Below, piece by piece: positions 1-10,409 of a DNA stretch of 40,774 nucleotides. Origin of the DNA: Vicugna vicugna (lineage: Eukaryota); contig PNXW01002946.1 of the NCBI GenBank assembly GCA_013265495.1, positions 62,001 to 102,774 on the forward strand, given 5' to 3'. Made by a program: the position numbers and the translations under genes. The notes beneath the pieces were generated by a model. It ran no database searches, was not told where the DNA came from, and worked only from the letters and a program-made list of their open reading frames with translations. The stretch's first letter is position 1. Each line of letters opens with the position of its first letter.

Positions 1-1019
1 TTCCAGTAAGACATACAGAGCAGGAACTAACTCAGCTGAGAGAGAATGAAAGGGAAAGAGAAAGAGGAGAGGTAAGTCCAGACTTATATTTGCAGACACT
101 TGGAGAAGGAAAAATATTTCTGAAGCTGAATGTTCTTAAAAATTATGTTTAGTTATTGGCATAACTGTAACAACTACAATGGTCTCTTCTTAGGGTTAAT
201 TTTAAAGAGAGTTACTTTTGGATTTTGATAAAAATGTGTCATTTTTCATACATTGAATCTATTCGTAAGTAAAAGAATATTGCTTTAAATTCTATGATTT
301 CTATTAACTTAATCACTAAATTAATTAAAATCATGAAGAAGTATATGTATTATTGAACTTAGAAATATGTTGTATTACTGGGAATATAATCTAGATTAGA
401 TATACTCTAGAAAATTTAACATCTAAGTAATGTTATTTTTTTCAATTATTTTCTTTCCTTTCTTTCCATATTTTTCCTAACAGTTCTGTAAAAATTCACC
501 CACTCCCTTCCTATTAGTGTTCATCACATTATAGCAACAATTATGCAGAGAATAAAAGCAAAACAAAGTAAGACTCGTGTTGCTTACAACATAAGAGACC
601 TATATCTTATGAAATCAGAAAGGAAAAAGAATCATTTAATTCTACCCTTCTAGACAGTGGTGTCTATTACCTTACATTTATGTAAAAGAGTCACTCAAGT
701 GAGTCTTTCATGAACAAAGATGATTCTACTCCAAGACATTGGAATTGATATCTACCAACAAACAAATAAATGGTCACGACTAACAATTTTTGCATGACTA
801 TGACCATCTTTGAAAAAAAGAAAGAAAAGTTCAAACTAATTTTTTAAATGGAAATATTCAAATGTTTCCAGCACATTAGTGTGTCAATTCTACATGGATT
901 GAAACGATGAGGCATGTAAGGTTCAGACTGCTTAACTCCAATTTACTATCTTTTATGCTTGATATTCTACAAGACAATAACATAGTCAAGACAATTGATA
1001 TAAGAAATGCATGTAATTA

Positions 1020-1290
1020 ACCAATATTTTTGAGCAAACCTTAGGTACAAGGCACTGTGCTAGACATGGAAATATAAGAGTTACCAGAACAGCAGTGCTG
1101 CTGCTGTTATAGATTTAAATAGGAGGTCATCAAACAGTATATCACATAGTAAATATTAAAACACATCTGTGATAAATGCCTACTAGAAATAAGCAATGAA
1201 ATAAGACCCTATAACAAGATCAGTTCTAATTTAAGGCTCAGATTAGACTTCCTGAGGAAGTTACTTTGTATCTAAAATTTGAAGAATGAC
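1020..1290 (-). mobile_element. L2 LINE 3' fragment (ancient)
   Basis: Degenerate L2 3'-end motifs in antisense: aatatttttgagcaaaccttaggtacaaggcactgtgctagac ... gataaatgcc ... gacttcctgaggaagttactttg. Confidence 0.65.
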
Positions 1291-2632
1291 AATAAATAAA
1301 TGTTAAATGAATTAACATATGAATGAAATTCATTTGTGTAAGCTTGAGAAATTATATTTTACTTCTGCTGATACTTTCCTGGTTAACAATAGTACTGTCC
1401 AATTAACTTCTTGGTTCTCCAGTCATCAAACATCAAAATGTAAATAATGCCTGTCACTTTTATTGCCCACCAATACTATAAACAATTTTTTCAGAAAAGA
1501 TATGACAAAGAAACTTTGAATTTTAGAATTGTTTGAAGTGAATTTATGACATTACATCTGTCAGTACTTTATGCCCAATTATATACATACCTGATCTCTA
1601 CATATAATTGTTGTAGATGACATAAAGAAGAATTTGACAGGCTGGATGACCTTGTAGTAGCTTTCTAGTCCTGTGAGTTTATAAATCTATTATATTATCT
1701 AAACATTTTTGAACCAAACTGCAGCAGACTCAGATTAATTCAACTCTCCGACAATCAATAATGACTTTGAAGCTCAGAGCTATGCCTTACTCATTATTAA
1801 CCAAAGCCAGGCAGTCCCTTAATTTTTTAATGGGATTTGATCAGATATATGAAAAGAAAAAGGTCCTAATTTCCCAATCCCTTGTTCTTTAACTCAAATG
1901 TAGTGTCTGATGATTTATGAAATGCTCAAATTTCTATTTTGGTAATGATTCATTTGATTTTAATTTTATGTAAAATTTAAGGAAACTATATACAGTAGGA
2001 TATAAGTATATGAGATTTAAAGGTCTAAATGCCATTTGACATTCCTTCCTGTAATCTCTGTGAAATTAGCCTCTGTGACTTTACCAAAATAATAGCAGGT
2101 GTTTCTTTTTGCAACTGTTGATATTTGGTATGTAAATTTTATATTCTTTTGAAAATGGTTCTTTTTTGACCAGTGTTTATATGGAGTCCATGAAATTTTA
2201 CTTAAAGAAAATAAATGTGCTCAGTTTGACTTAACTACAAATAAACAGTAGCATGCTATCCTTCTTCAGATATTTATAAGAGGCTAGCAAAAAGAAATAA
2301 CATGAAATTTAGGAAGGCTAAAAATTATTTCTTCAATATTAAGGATACAACTGATAACAATGTATCAGATAAAAATATTAAAACTTTAATTTTACACTGA
2401 ATAATATATATTCTTGTTGGCAGAATCTTAATGACAGTATTCATTTAAATAATTCTCAAATATTAAATACAGTAATACCATTTCTACTAATCTCTGCAAA
2501 TATACACTGCACAGCATTAAATTATGTTTTTGAAGTAATATGTGAATCAAATATTTTCCTTTTATATTGTACTATCTGGGAGTACCTGTATTGTCTAGAA
2601 TTTGAATAGTCAATGTAGAATAATAGAAAAAA

Positions 2633-3270
2633 ATGGAATTTTTGTTATTTTTCACAGAACTAGAACAAATAATCCTAAAATTTATATGGAATCACAAAAC
2701 ATTCAGAATTGCCAAAGAAATACTGAAGAAAAAGAAGGAAGCTAGAAGAATAATCTTCCCAGACTTCAGAAAATATTACAGAGCTACAGTAAATAAACAG
2801 TGTGATATTGGCACAAAAACAGACATGTGGGTCAATAGAACAGAATAGAGAGCCCAGAAATAAACCCACAGACCTATGATGAATTAATCTTTGACAGATG
2901 AGGCAAGACTATACAATGGAGAAAAGACAGTTTCTTCAGCAACTGGTATTGGGAAAAGGACAATAACATGTAAATCAATAAAGTTAGAACACTCCCTCAC
3001 TCCATACACAAAAATAAACTCAGAAATGGCTTAAAGACTTATACATAAGAGAAGACACATTAAACCTCCTAGTAGAAAGCATAGGCAAAAGATTTTCTGT
3101 AATAAATCTTAGCAGTATTCTCTTAGGGCAGTCAACCCAGGCAATAGAAATAAAAGCAAAAGTTTTTTAAATAAGACCTAATTGAACTTATAAGCTTTTG
3201 CACAGCAAAGGAATCTATAAGTAAAACAAACTGACAACCTATGGAATGGGAGACAATATCTGCAGATGAT
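2633..3270 (+). mobile_element. L1 ORF2 internal fragment (post-RT region), truncated at both ends
   Basis: Translation FFTELEQIILKFIWNHK..RIAKEILKKK..PDFRKYYRATV is L1 ORF2-like; homology continues through ctccatacacaaaaataaactc to atggaatgggagacaatatctgca. No poly(A) seen. Confidence 0.93.
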
Positions 3271-4441
3271 ATAATTAAATTGAAGTTAGTGAAAATAACA
3301 CACAGTGGTGTAATCAAAATGTGGTCTGTTAGTTCTCAAAAGTTCACATTTGTTAAAAATATGGTTTTCTCCTCACTTATGCCTCCATAACTCATTCCTA
3401 ACTTATAAGTAGAATTTTCTGGTGTTTTGGAGGGGTGGAAAGAAATAAATTTATCTTATGAATTGTGGCATCCCTAAGCCCAATCTGGCAATAAAACCAA
3501 ATTTTATATAATATGCACTATTCAGTTTCTCATCTCAACCAGTGTAAAACTGTAAGCTAGTCTTATTACATTTTTCCTTTGTGAATGATAAATATTGTAT
3601 TTTGGGGTAATGCAAATAATTCAGAACTCTAATGATATAATGAGACAAAGATTTAGTAATGAAATACAAAGACACAGTAAAGGAAATAATCTGAGATCTT
3701 TTGCAGAAAACATGAATACATGTCGCAAGATATGGAGAGACATTTCTAATAAAAGTTAGAAAGGAAAATATTGGAATAAACAGAATCAATCAAGTCTAAT
3801 TGCTTAATAACCAAATGTGTTAAGAGCAGGACACAAGCATGGAGTCTAGAAAATAAATTAAAAACTTTCCAGGCACAGACCAAAGAGTAGTCAACTCAAA
3901 ATTGTCAGATGTCTATGGTGGAAATAGTGGGGACTAAAACTGAAGTGGGATATATGGAAATCTTCCAGAAAGAAAATGATTTAGAGTGAACTTTCTCTGA
4001 CACAATTTTATAGACAAGCAACTGGAGAAAAATTTAGGGGTTGAGACTACTCTTCAAATTAGTCACTTTCTTGATGACTTCCTGAGATCTCTTCCTTGAC
4101 ATAAAATAGGTCTTAGAAAGTAGCTGAAATACCTTGCTGAGTGTGTGATATTGTTGATTAGTCACTGCAGTGAGCAATCAATAGAGGTCAGTACCAGAAG
4201 TCCAAGTATAGACAGAGTAGTCTTTAATCTTTGCAGTGATATTAGTAGAGATAACCAGTGCAAAATATCTTTAGAGTCTTTAGTTAAGCGGTTCTTGTGG
4301 CATCTTAGGAAGGAAATTTATAAAAGCTTAAGAAAATGGCAATACCAAAAAGAAACTAACATACATATATGCTATTCTGCAATTTCCTGCACTTGGTCTA
4401 CCTTTATATACTGCATGTGTGTGATGTGTGTGTGTCTGATA

Positions 4442-4622
4442 TGTTGTAAGAAAAAATATAAATTAAAAATGAAAGGTTTAATTCTCCCTGTTGAGAATAA
4501 GGGAGCAGAGTATCAAACATCTCATTTCTTAGAACATTTATATAAGGAAAGTTTTAATTTTAAGATCTTTCTTTATCTCTTAGAAAAGTATAGAACTCCT
4601 TTTAAGAGCTAATAAGCCTCTT
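4442..4622 (+). mobile_element. MER34-like ERV1 solo LTR, 5' part
   Basis: Starts TGTTG; ttaattctccctgttgagaataaggg resembles the MER34A 5' region (recall). Continues at 21923 through a 20-bp direct repeat. Confidence 0.7.
4603..4622 (+). repeat. Target-site duplication, left copy (taagagctaataagcctctt)
   Basis: Exact 20-bp match to 21923-21942; followed directly by the T-run of a minus-strand L1 3' end. Confidence 0.92.
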
Positions 4623-7105
4623 TTTTCAGTGAAGTATAGTCAGTTACAATGTGTCAATTTCTGGTGTACAGTGCAATGACCTAGTCATGCATACATGTAT
4701 TCATTTTCATATTATTTTTCATTAAAGATTATTACAAGATATTGAATATAATTCCTTGTAGTATACAGAAGAAACATATTAAAATCTATTTTATATATAG
4801 TTGGTAACATTTGTAAATTTCAAACTCTCAAATTTATCCCTTCACACTCCCTTTCCCCTGGTAACCATGAGATTTTTTACTATGTTTGCAAACCTGCTTC
4901 TGTTTTTGTACATGAGTTCACTAGTGTACACTTTTTTTTTCTTTTTCTTTCTATCTTTTATTTATTTTTTTAGATTACACATATGAGTTATATATGGTAT
5001 TTTTCTTTCTCTTTCTGATTTACTTCATTTAAAATGATGATCTCTAGGTCCATTCATGTTGCTGCAAATGGCATTATTTTATTATTGTTTATGGCAGAGT
5101 AGTATTCTGTTGTATAAATATACCACAACTCTTGATGCAGTCATCTGTCAATGGACATTTAGCTTGCTTCCATGTCTTGGCTATTGTTTATAGTGCTGCT
5201 ATGAACAATGAAGTGTATGTATCTTTTCACATTAGAATTCCCTCCAGATACATGTCCAGGATTGTGACTGTTGGATAATATGGTAAGGCTATTTTTAGTC
5301 CTTTGAGGAATCTCCGTATTGTTTTCTATAATAGCTACACCAAACTACGTTCCCATAAGCAGTGTAGGAGGGTCCCTTTTTCTCCACATCCTAATTCTGT
5401 GAACATTGTCCTGGGTAATTTGATAGGGATTACATTAAATCTGTAGATTGCCATGGACAATATGGCCATTTTAACAATACTGATTCTTCCAATAAAAGAG
5501 CATGTGAAATCATTCCATTTCTTTAAGCTATCTTTAATTTCCTTAATCAATGTTCTGTGGTTCTCCATGTATAAGTTTTTCCCTTCTTGTTGAGATTTAT
5601 TCCTAAATATTTTACTGTTTTGGATGTGATTTTAAAATGAATTGTTTCTTTAATTTCTTATCTTGCAATTTCCTTGTTAATGTAAAGAAATATAACTGAT
5701 TTTTCTATGTTAATCTTATACCCTGCTACCTTACTGAAAACTTTATCATCTTTAGCAATTTTTGTATGAAGATTTTAGAGTGTTCTAGATATAGGGTTGT
5801 GTCTTCCACATATAGTGCCAATTTTTTATTTCTTTTCAATTTGGAACCCTTGTATTTCTTTTTCTTGACTGATTGCTTTGGCAAGGACTTCCAAGACTAT
5901 GTTGAATAGAAATGGTGAGAGTGGTCATCCTTGTCTAGTTCTAGATTTTAGTGGAAAAGCTTTGAGTTTTTCCCCAATGAGTATTATACTGGGTGTGTAT
6001 TCATCATAAATAGCTTTTATTATGTCGATATATGTTCCCTCTATACCCAATTTGGTAAAGTTTTTAATCATAACTGGGTGTTGAATTTTATCAAATGCTT
6101 TTTCTGATCTATTGAGATAATAATGTGATTTTTGTCCTTTCTTTTGTAGAGGGAGTGCTTCACATTGATTGATTTGTGTATGTCAAACCATCCTTATGTC
6201 CCTGGAATAAATCCAACTTGATCATGGTGTATGATCTTTTTTATGTGCTGCTGGATTGTTTACCAATATTTTGTTGAGGATTTTTGCACTTATGTTCACC
6301 AGTGATATTCCCTGTAATTTTCTTTTTCAGGAGTGTCTTTTTCTGGTTTTGGTGTCAAGGTAATTATGGCTTCATAGAATGAGTTTGGGAGTACTCCCTA
6401 TTTCCAATCATTTGGAGGAGTTTGAGTTCTTTGTATGTTTGGTAGAATTCCCCAGTGAAGCCATCTGCTCCTGGATTTGTTTATAGGAAGTTTTTATTTT
6501 ATTGCTAATTCAATTTCATTTCTAGTGATTTTCTGTTCAAGTGGTCTCTTTCTTGGTGATTCAGTCTTGATGGACTGTATGTATCCAGAAATTGTCCATT
6601 TCTTCTAGGTTTTCCAATTTGTTTCCATATAGTTTTTCACAGTATTCACTCTGTATCTTTTTTTTTTTTTGTATTTCTGTAGTATTTGTAGTAATTTCTC
6701 CATTCCATTTCTTATTTTATTTATTTAGGATCTCTTTCTTTTCTTCTTGATGAACATGTCAACTTTGCTTACTCTTTCAAAAATCCAGCTCTTGGTTTAA
6801 TTGAGGGTTTTCTATTTTTTATCTCTATTTTATTCAGTTCTTCCCTGATCTTTGTTATTTCCTTCCTACTACTGACTTTAGGTTTTCTTGGCTCTCACTT
6901 TTCTAATTGGCTCTCACCTGAAATAGTGATAGGTTAGGTTGTTTACTTAAGATTTTTCCTGTATTTTGAGGAACGCCTGTATCACTATGAATTTCCTTCT
7001 TAGGACTGCTTTTGCTGCACCTCATAGATTTTGTGTGGTTGTGTTTTCTTTGTCATTTGTCTCAAATAATATTTAAAATTTCTTCTTGATTTCATGATTG
7101 ACTCA
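4621..7105 (-). mobile_element. L1 element A, segment 1: 3' UTR and ORF2 C-terminal/RT region, with ~870-bp internal deletion at ~5392
   Basis: T-run and L1 3' UTR (gaagtatagtcagttacaatg); ORF 5335-5568 gives [36 protein letters not shown]. At 5392 the sequence jumps from the position equivalent to ~10830 in element B to ~11697. Confidence 0.92.
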
Positions 7106-7106
7106 T

Positions 7107-7640
7107 TTTTTTAAAATAAACTTTATTGTTTTAGAGCAGTTCCAGATTCACAACAGAATTGAGCAGAAAACACAGAGAGTTTGCACTAGCCCTCCCCACC
7201 TATACATATATACTCCCCTACCCTCAACATCCTTCATCAGTGTGACATATTTGGTACAATCGTGAACCAACATGGGCATATTATTATCAAACAAAGTCCA
7301 TAGTTTACATTAGGTTTCACTCTTTATGTACTTTCTGTGGGTTTTGAAAAATGCATAATCACATGTATCCAGCACTATAGTATCATACAGAATAATTTCA
7401 TTGCCCTAAAAATCCCTTGTGGTCCACCTATTTATTTCTCCCACACTTCCTTTCCCCAATCCCTTGGAAACCACAATATTTTTATTGTTTCTGTAGCTTT
7501 GCCTTTTCCAGAATGTTATTTGGTTGGAATTGTACAGTTTGTAGCCTTTTCAGCCTTGTTTATTTCATTTAGTAATATGTCTTTTAAGTTTCTTCCATGT
7601 GTTTCATGGCTTGAAAGCTCTTTTTTATTAACTGCACATA
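7107..7640 (-). mobile_element. L1MC-type ancient L1 3' end
   Basis: ttttagagcagttccagattcacaacagaattgagcagaaaacacagagag ... gccttttccagaatg resembles an L1MC1-like 3' UTR; it is the reverse complement of the similar piece at 33650-34215. Confidence 0.8.
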
Positions 7641-7744
7641 TATTTTATAACTTACATATATGTACTGTTCATTATTTTTGAGAACATTTAGAGCTTTAGT
7701 TTTTTAAATTTATGTAGTTATCAAAGGAATAAAGCCAATCACAA

Positions 7745-7864
7745 AATAAGAATTAATACAAAAGTTGCATACACTCTGCTATTAACAGCAACATTGTTTA
7801 TAATTGCCAAGATATGGAAGCATCCTAAGTGTACACCAATAGTTGAATATATAATGAAGATGCC

Positions 7865-7927
<63 letters not shown>

Positions 7928-7968
7928 ACTCATACATAAAAAAGAAAGATATTTTGCCATTTGCAGCC
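7745..7968 (+). mobile_element. Old L1 ORF2 3'-end fragment
   Basis: Translation FIIAKIWKHPKCTP; aaaagaaagatattttgccatttgcagc; interrupted by a (TA)n(CA)n repeat. Confidence 0.8.
7866..7927. repeat. (TA)n(CA)n compound microsatellite
   Basis: Direct reading. Confidence 0.97.
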
Positions 7969-8024
7969 CTTCATTCACTTTTTCTTTTTTTTTTCCACTT
8001 CAAAAACCAGAATTTTCTAACAGG

Positions 8025-8312
8025 CATAGGCATTTCCATTACATCAAGAAACAACAAAATACCTAGTAATAAACCTAACCAAGGATGTTACCTAGAATCT
8101 GAAAACTGAAATGACACAAATAAATGGAAAGATTTCCTGTGCTCTTGGATTGGAAGAATCAACACTATCAAAATGACCACACAATCAAAAGCAATCCACA
8201 GATCTAATGCAACCCCTATCAAAATACTAACAATATCCCTCACAGAACAAGAATAAACAATTCCAACATTTACAAGGAACCACAAAAGACCCTGAACAGC
8301 CAAAGTAATCTT
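8025..8312 (+). mobile_element. Old L1 ORF2 fragment (post-RT)
   Basis: aaatacctagtaataaacctaaccaagg ... aaatggaaagatttcctgtgctcttggattggaagaatcaac ... gaaccacaaaagaccctgaacagccaaag. Confidence 0.88.
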
Positions 8313-9251
8313 TTGTAGGTTTCTCTCTCTTTTTTATTTATTTTTTACTCTATCTTCTTTTTCTTCTCTTTTCTTATGGTTTGATGACTAGAGAAGGTCC
8401 TTTAACATTTGTTGTGAAGCTGATTTGGTGGTGCTGAAGTCTTTTAGCTTCTGTTTATCTGTTAAGCTTTTGATTTATCCATCAAATCTGAACAAGAGCC
8501 TTGCTGGATAGAGTATTCTTCGTTGTAAGTTTCCCCCTTTCATCATTTTAAATATACTGTGCCAATCCCTTCTGGGCTGTAGAGCTTCTGCTGAAAAGTA
8601 ACCTGATAATCTTATGGGAGATCCTTTGTATGTATTTGTTGCTTTTCTCTTGCTAATTTTAATATTTTCTCCTTATCCTTAATTTTTGTCAATTTGATGA
8701 CTATGTGCCTTGGTGTTTTCCTCTTTGGGTTGATACTATGTAGTACTGTCTGCACTTCCTGGACTTGGCTGATGGTTTCCTTTCTCAAGTTAAGGAAGTT
8801 TTCTGTTATTATCTCTCCAAAAATTTTCTCAGGTCCTTTCTGTCTCTTTTCTTTCTGAGACTCCTGTAATGTGAATGTTAGAGCACTTCATGTTGTCTGA
8901 AACTTCTTTAAATTATCCTCATTTCTTTTATTATTTTCTGTTCTGAAGTAGTGATTCCCACTAATCTGTCTTCTATCTCACTAATCCATTCTGCTTTTAG
9001 GCTATTCTTGGTTCCTTCTAGTGTATTTTTTATTTTAGTGATTTTATTCTTCAACTCTGGATGTTCTTTATATTTTCCAGCTCTACACTAAAAACTTCAC
9101 TCTGTGCATCTATATTCAACTTGAGTTCTCTGAACATCTTGGCCATCATTACTTTAAACTCTTTCTCAGATAAATTGCCTATCTTCTCATCACTTATTTC
9201 TTCATCTGGGATTTTATCTTTTGCCTTGGCCTGGGAGATATTCCTTTGCTG
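8313..9251 (-). mobile_element. Older-subfamily L1 ORF1/inter-ORF fragment
   Basis: Antisense ORF1 motifs ccttgctggatagagtattctt, cttctgctgaaaagtaacctgataatcttatgggagatcctttg, cacttcctggacttgg; the sequence differs from ORF1 of A, B and F. Confidence 0.85.
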
Positions 9252-10075
9252 CCCATTGATTTTTTAGTAGCATGTTGTTTATTCTCCATGATGATATTTT
9301 TTCTTCCTTTGTTTTTCTGTGGTTGATTCCTAGTTTCATGATAGTGTGGTCAGAAATGTTGCTTGAAAAAATTTCTATCCTCTAAAACTTATTGAGGCTT
9401 CTTTTGTGCTTGAGTATATGATCTATCCTAGAGAATGATCCATGTGCACTTTAAAAGAATGTATATTCTGATTTTTGGAGATGTAACATGCTAAAAATAT
9501 CAACCAAATCCAACTGTTCTATTGTGTCACTAAGTATCTCTATTGCTTCATTGATTTTTCTGTCTGGAAGATATATCCAATGATATTAATGGAGTATTAA
9601 AGTCACCTACCATGATTGTGTTCCCATCAATTTCCCCCATTATGTCTAACAGTTTTTGTTTTATGTATTCAGGTGCTCTTGTATTGGGTGCATATATGTT
9701 AATGAGTGTAATACTCTCATCTTGTACTGCTCCTTTAATCATTATATACTGTCCTCCTTTATCTTTCTTTATGGCCTTTGTTTGAAGTCTATTTTGTCTG
9801 AAATCAGAATTGCTACTCCTGCTTTTTTGTCATTTGCATTTGCATGAAATATCTTTTTCCATTCTTTCACACTCAATCTATGTGCCCTTCACCCAAAATG
9901 GGTCTTTTGTATGAAGAATGTTGTAGGCTTTTGTCTTATTATCCAATCTGACAGTCTAAGTCTTTTGATTGGAGCATTTAGTCCATTGACACTTATAGGA
10001 ATTATTGATAGATCTGTGTATATTTTCCATTTTGAAATTAGTTTTCCAGTTGATTTAGTATTTCCTCCTAATTCC
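9252..10075 (-). mobile_element. L1 element A, segment 2: ORF2 endonuclease domain
   Basis: ORF 9548-9742 MIKGAVQDESITLINIYAPNTRAPEYIKQKLLD...MVGDFNTPL (APE-like endonuclease). Resumes ORF2 at the position where segment 1 stops (compare B 13481-13510). Confidence 0.92.
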
Positions 10076-10409
10076 TTTTTTTTCTTAATGATTTTTTATA
10101 TTGTGTTATAGTCAGTTTACAATGTTGTGTCAATGTCTGGTGTAGAGCACAATTTATCAGTTATACATGCATATACATATATTCATTTTCACATTCTTTC
10201 CACTGTGAGCTATCACAAGATCTTATATATTTTTTCCTGTGCTATACAGTATAAGCTTGTTTATCTATTCTAAATATGCCTGTCAGTATCAACAAATTTT
10301 GAACTCCCAGTCTGTCCCTTCACACCCACCTCCACCTGGCAACGAAAATTTTGTATTATATGTCAATGAGTCTGTTTCTGTTTTATATTTAAGTTCATTT
10401 ATCTTTATT

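Noticed and set aside
770..807. Inverted repeat atggtca...tgaccat, and the direct repeat actatgacca at ~24416-24442
   Set aside because: Too short to exceed chance in 40 kb.
4145..4612. 155-aa ORF on the + strand
   Set aside because: GTG start, low-complexity (TG)-derived CMCVMCVC stretch, runs into the LTR, no recognisable domain.
7739..8066. ORFs with CVCVCV, IYIYIY and HTHTHT runs
   Set aside because: Translations of the (TA)n(CA)n microsatellite.
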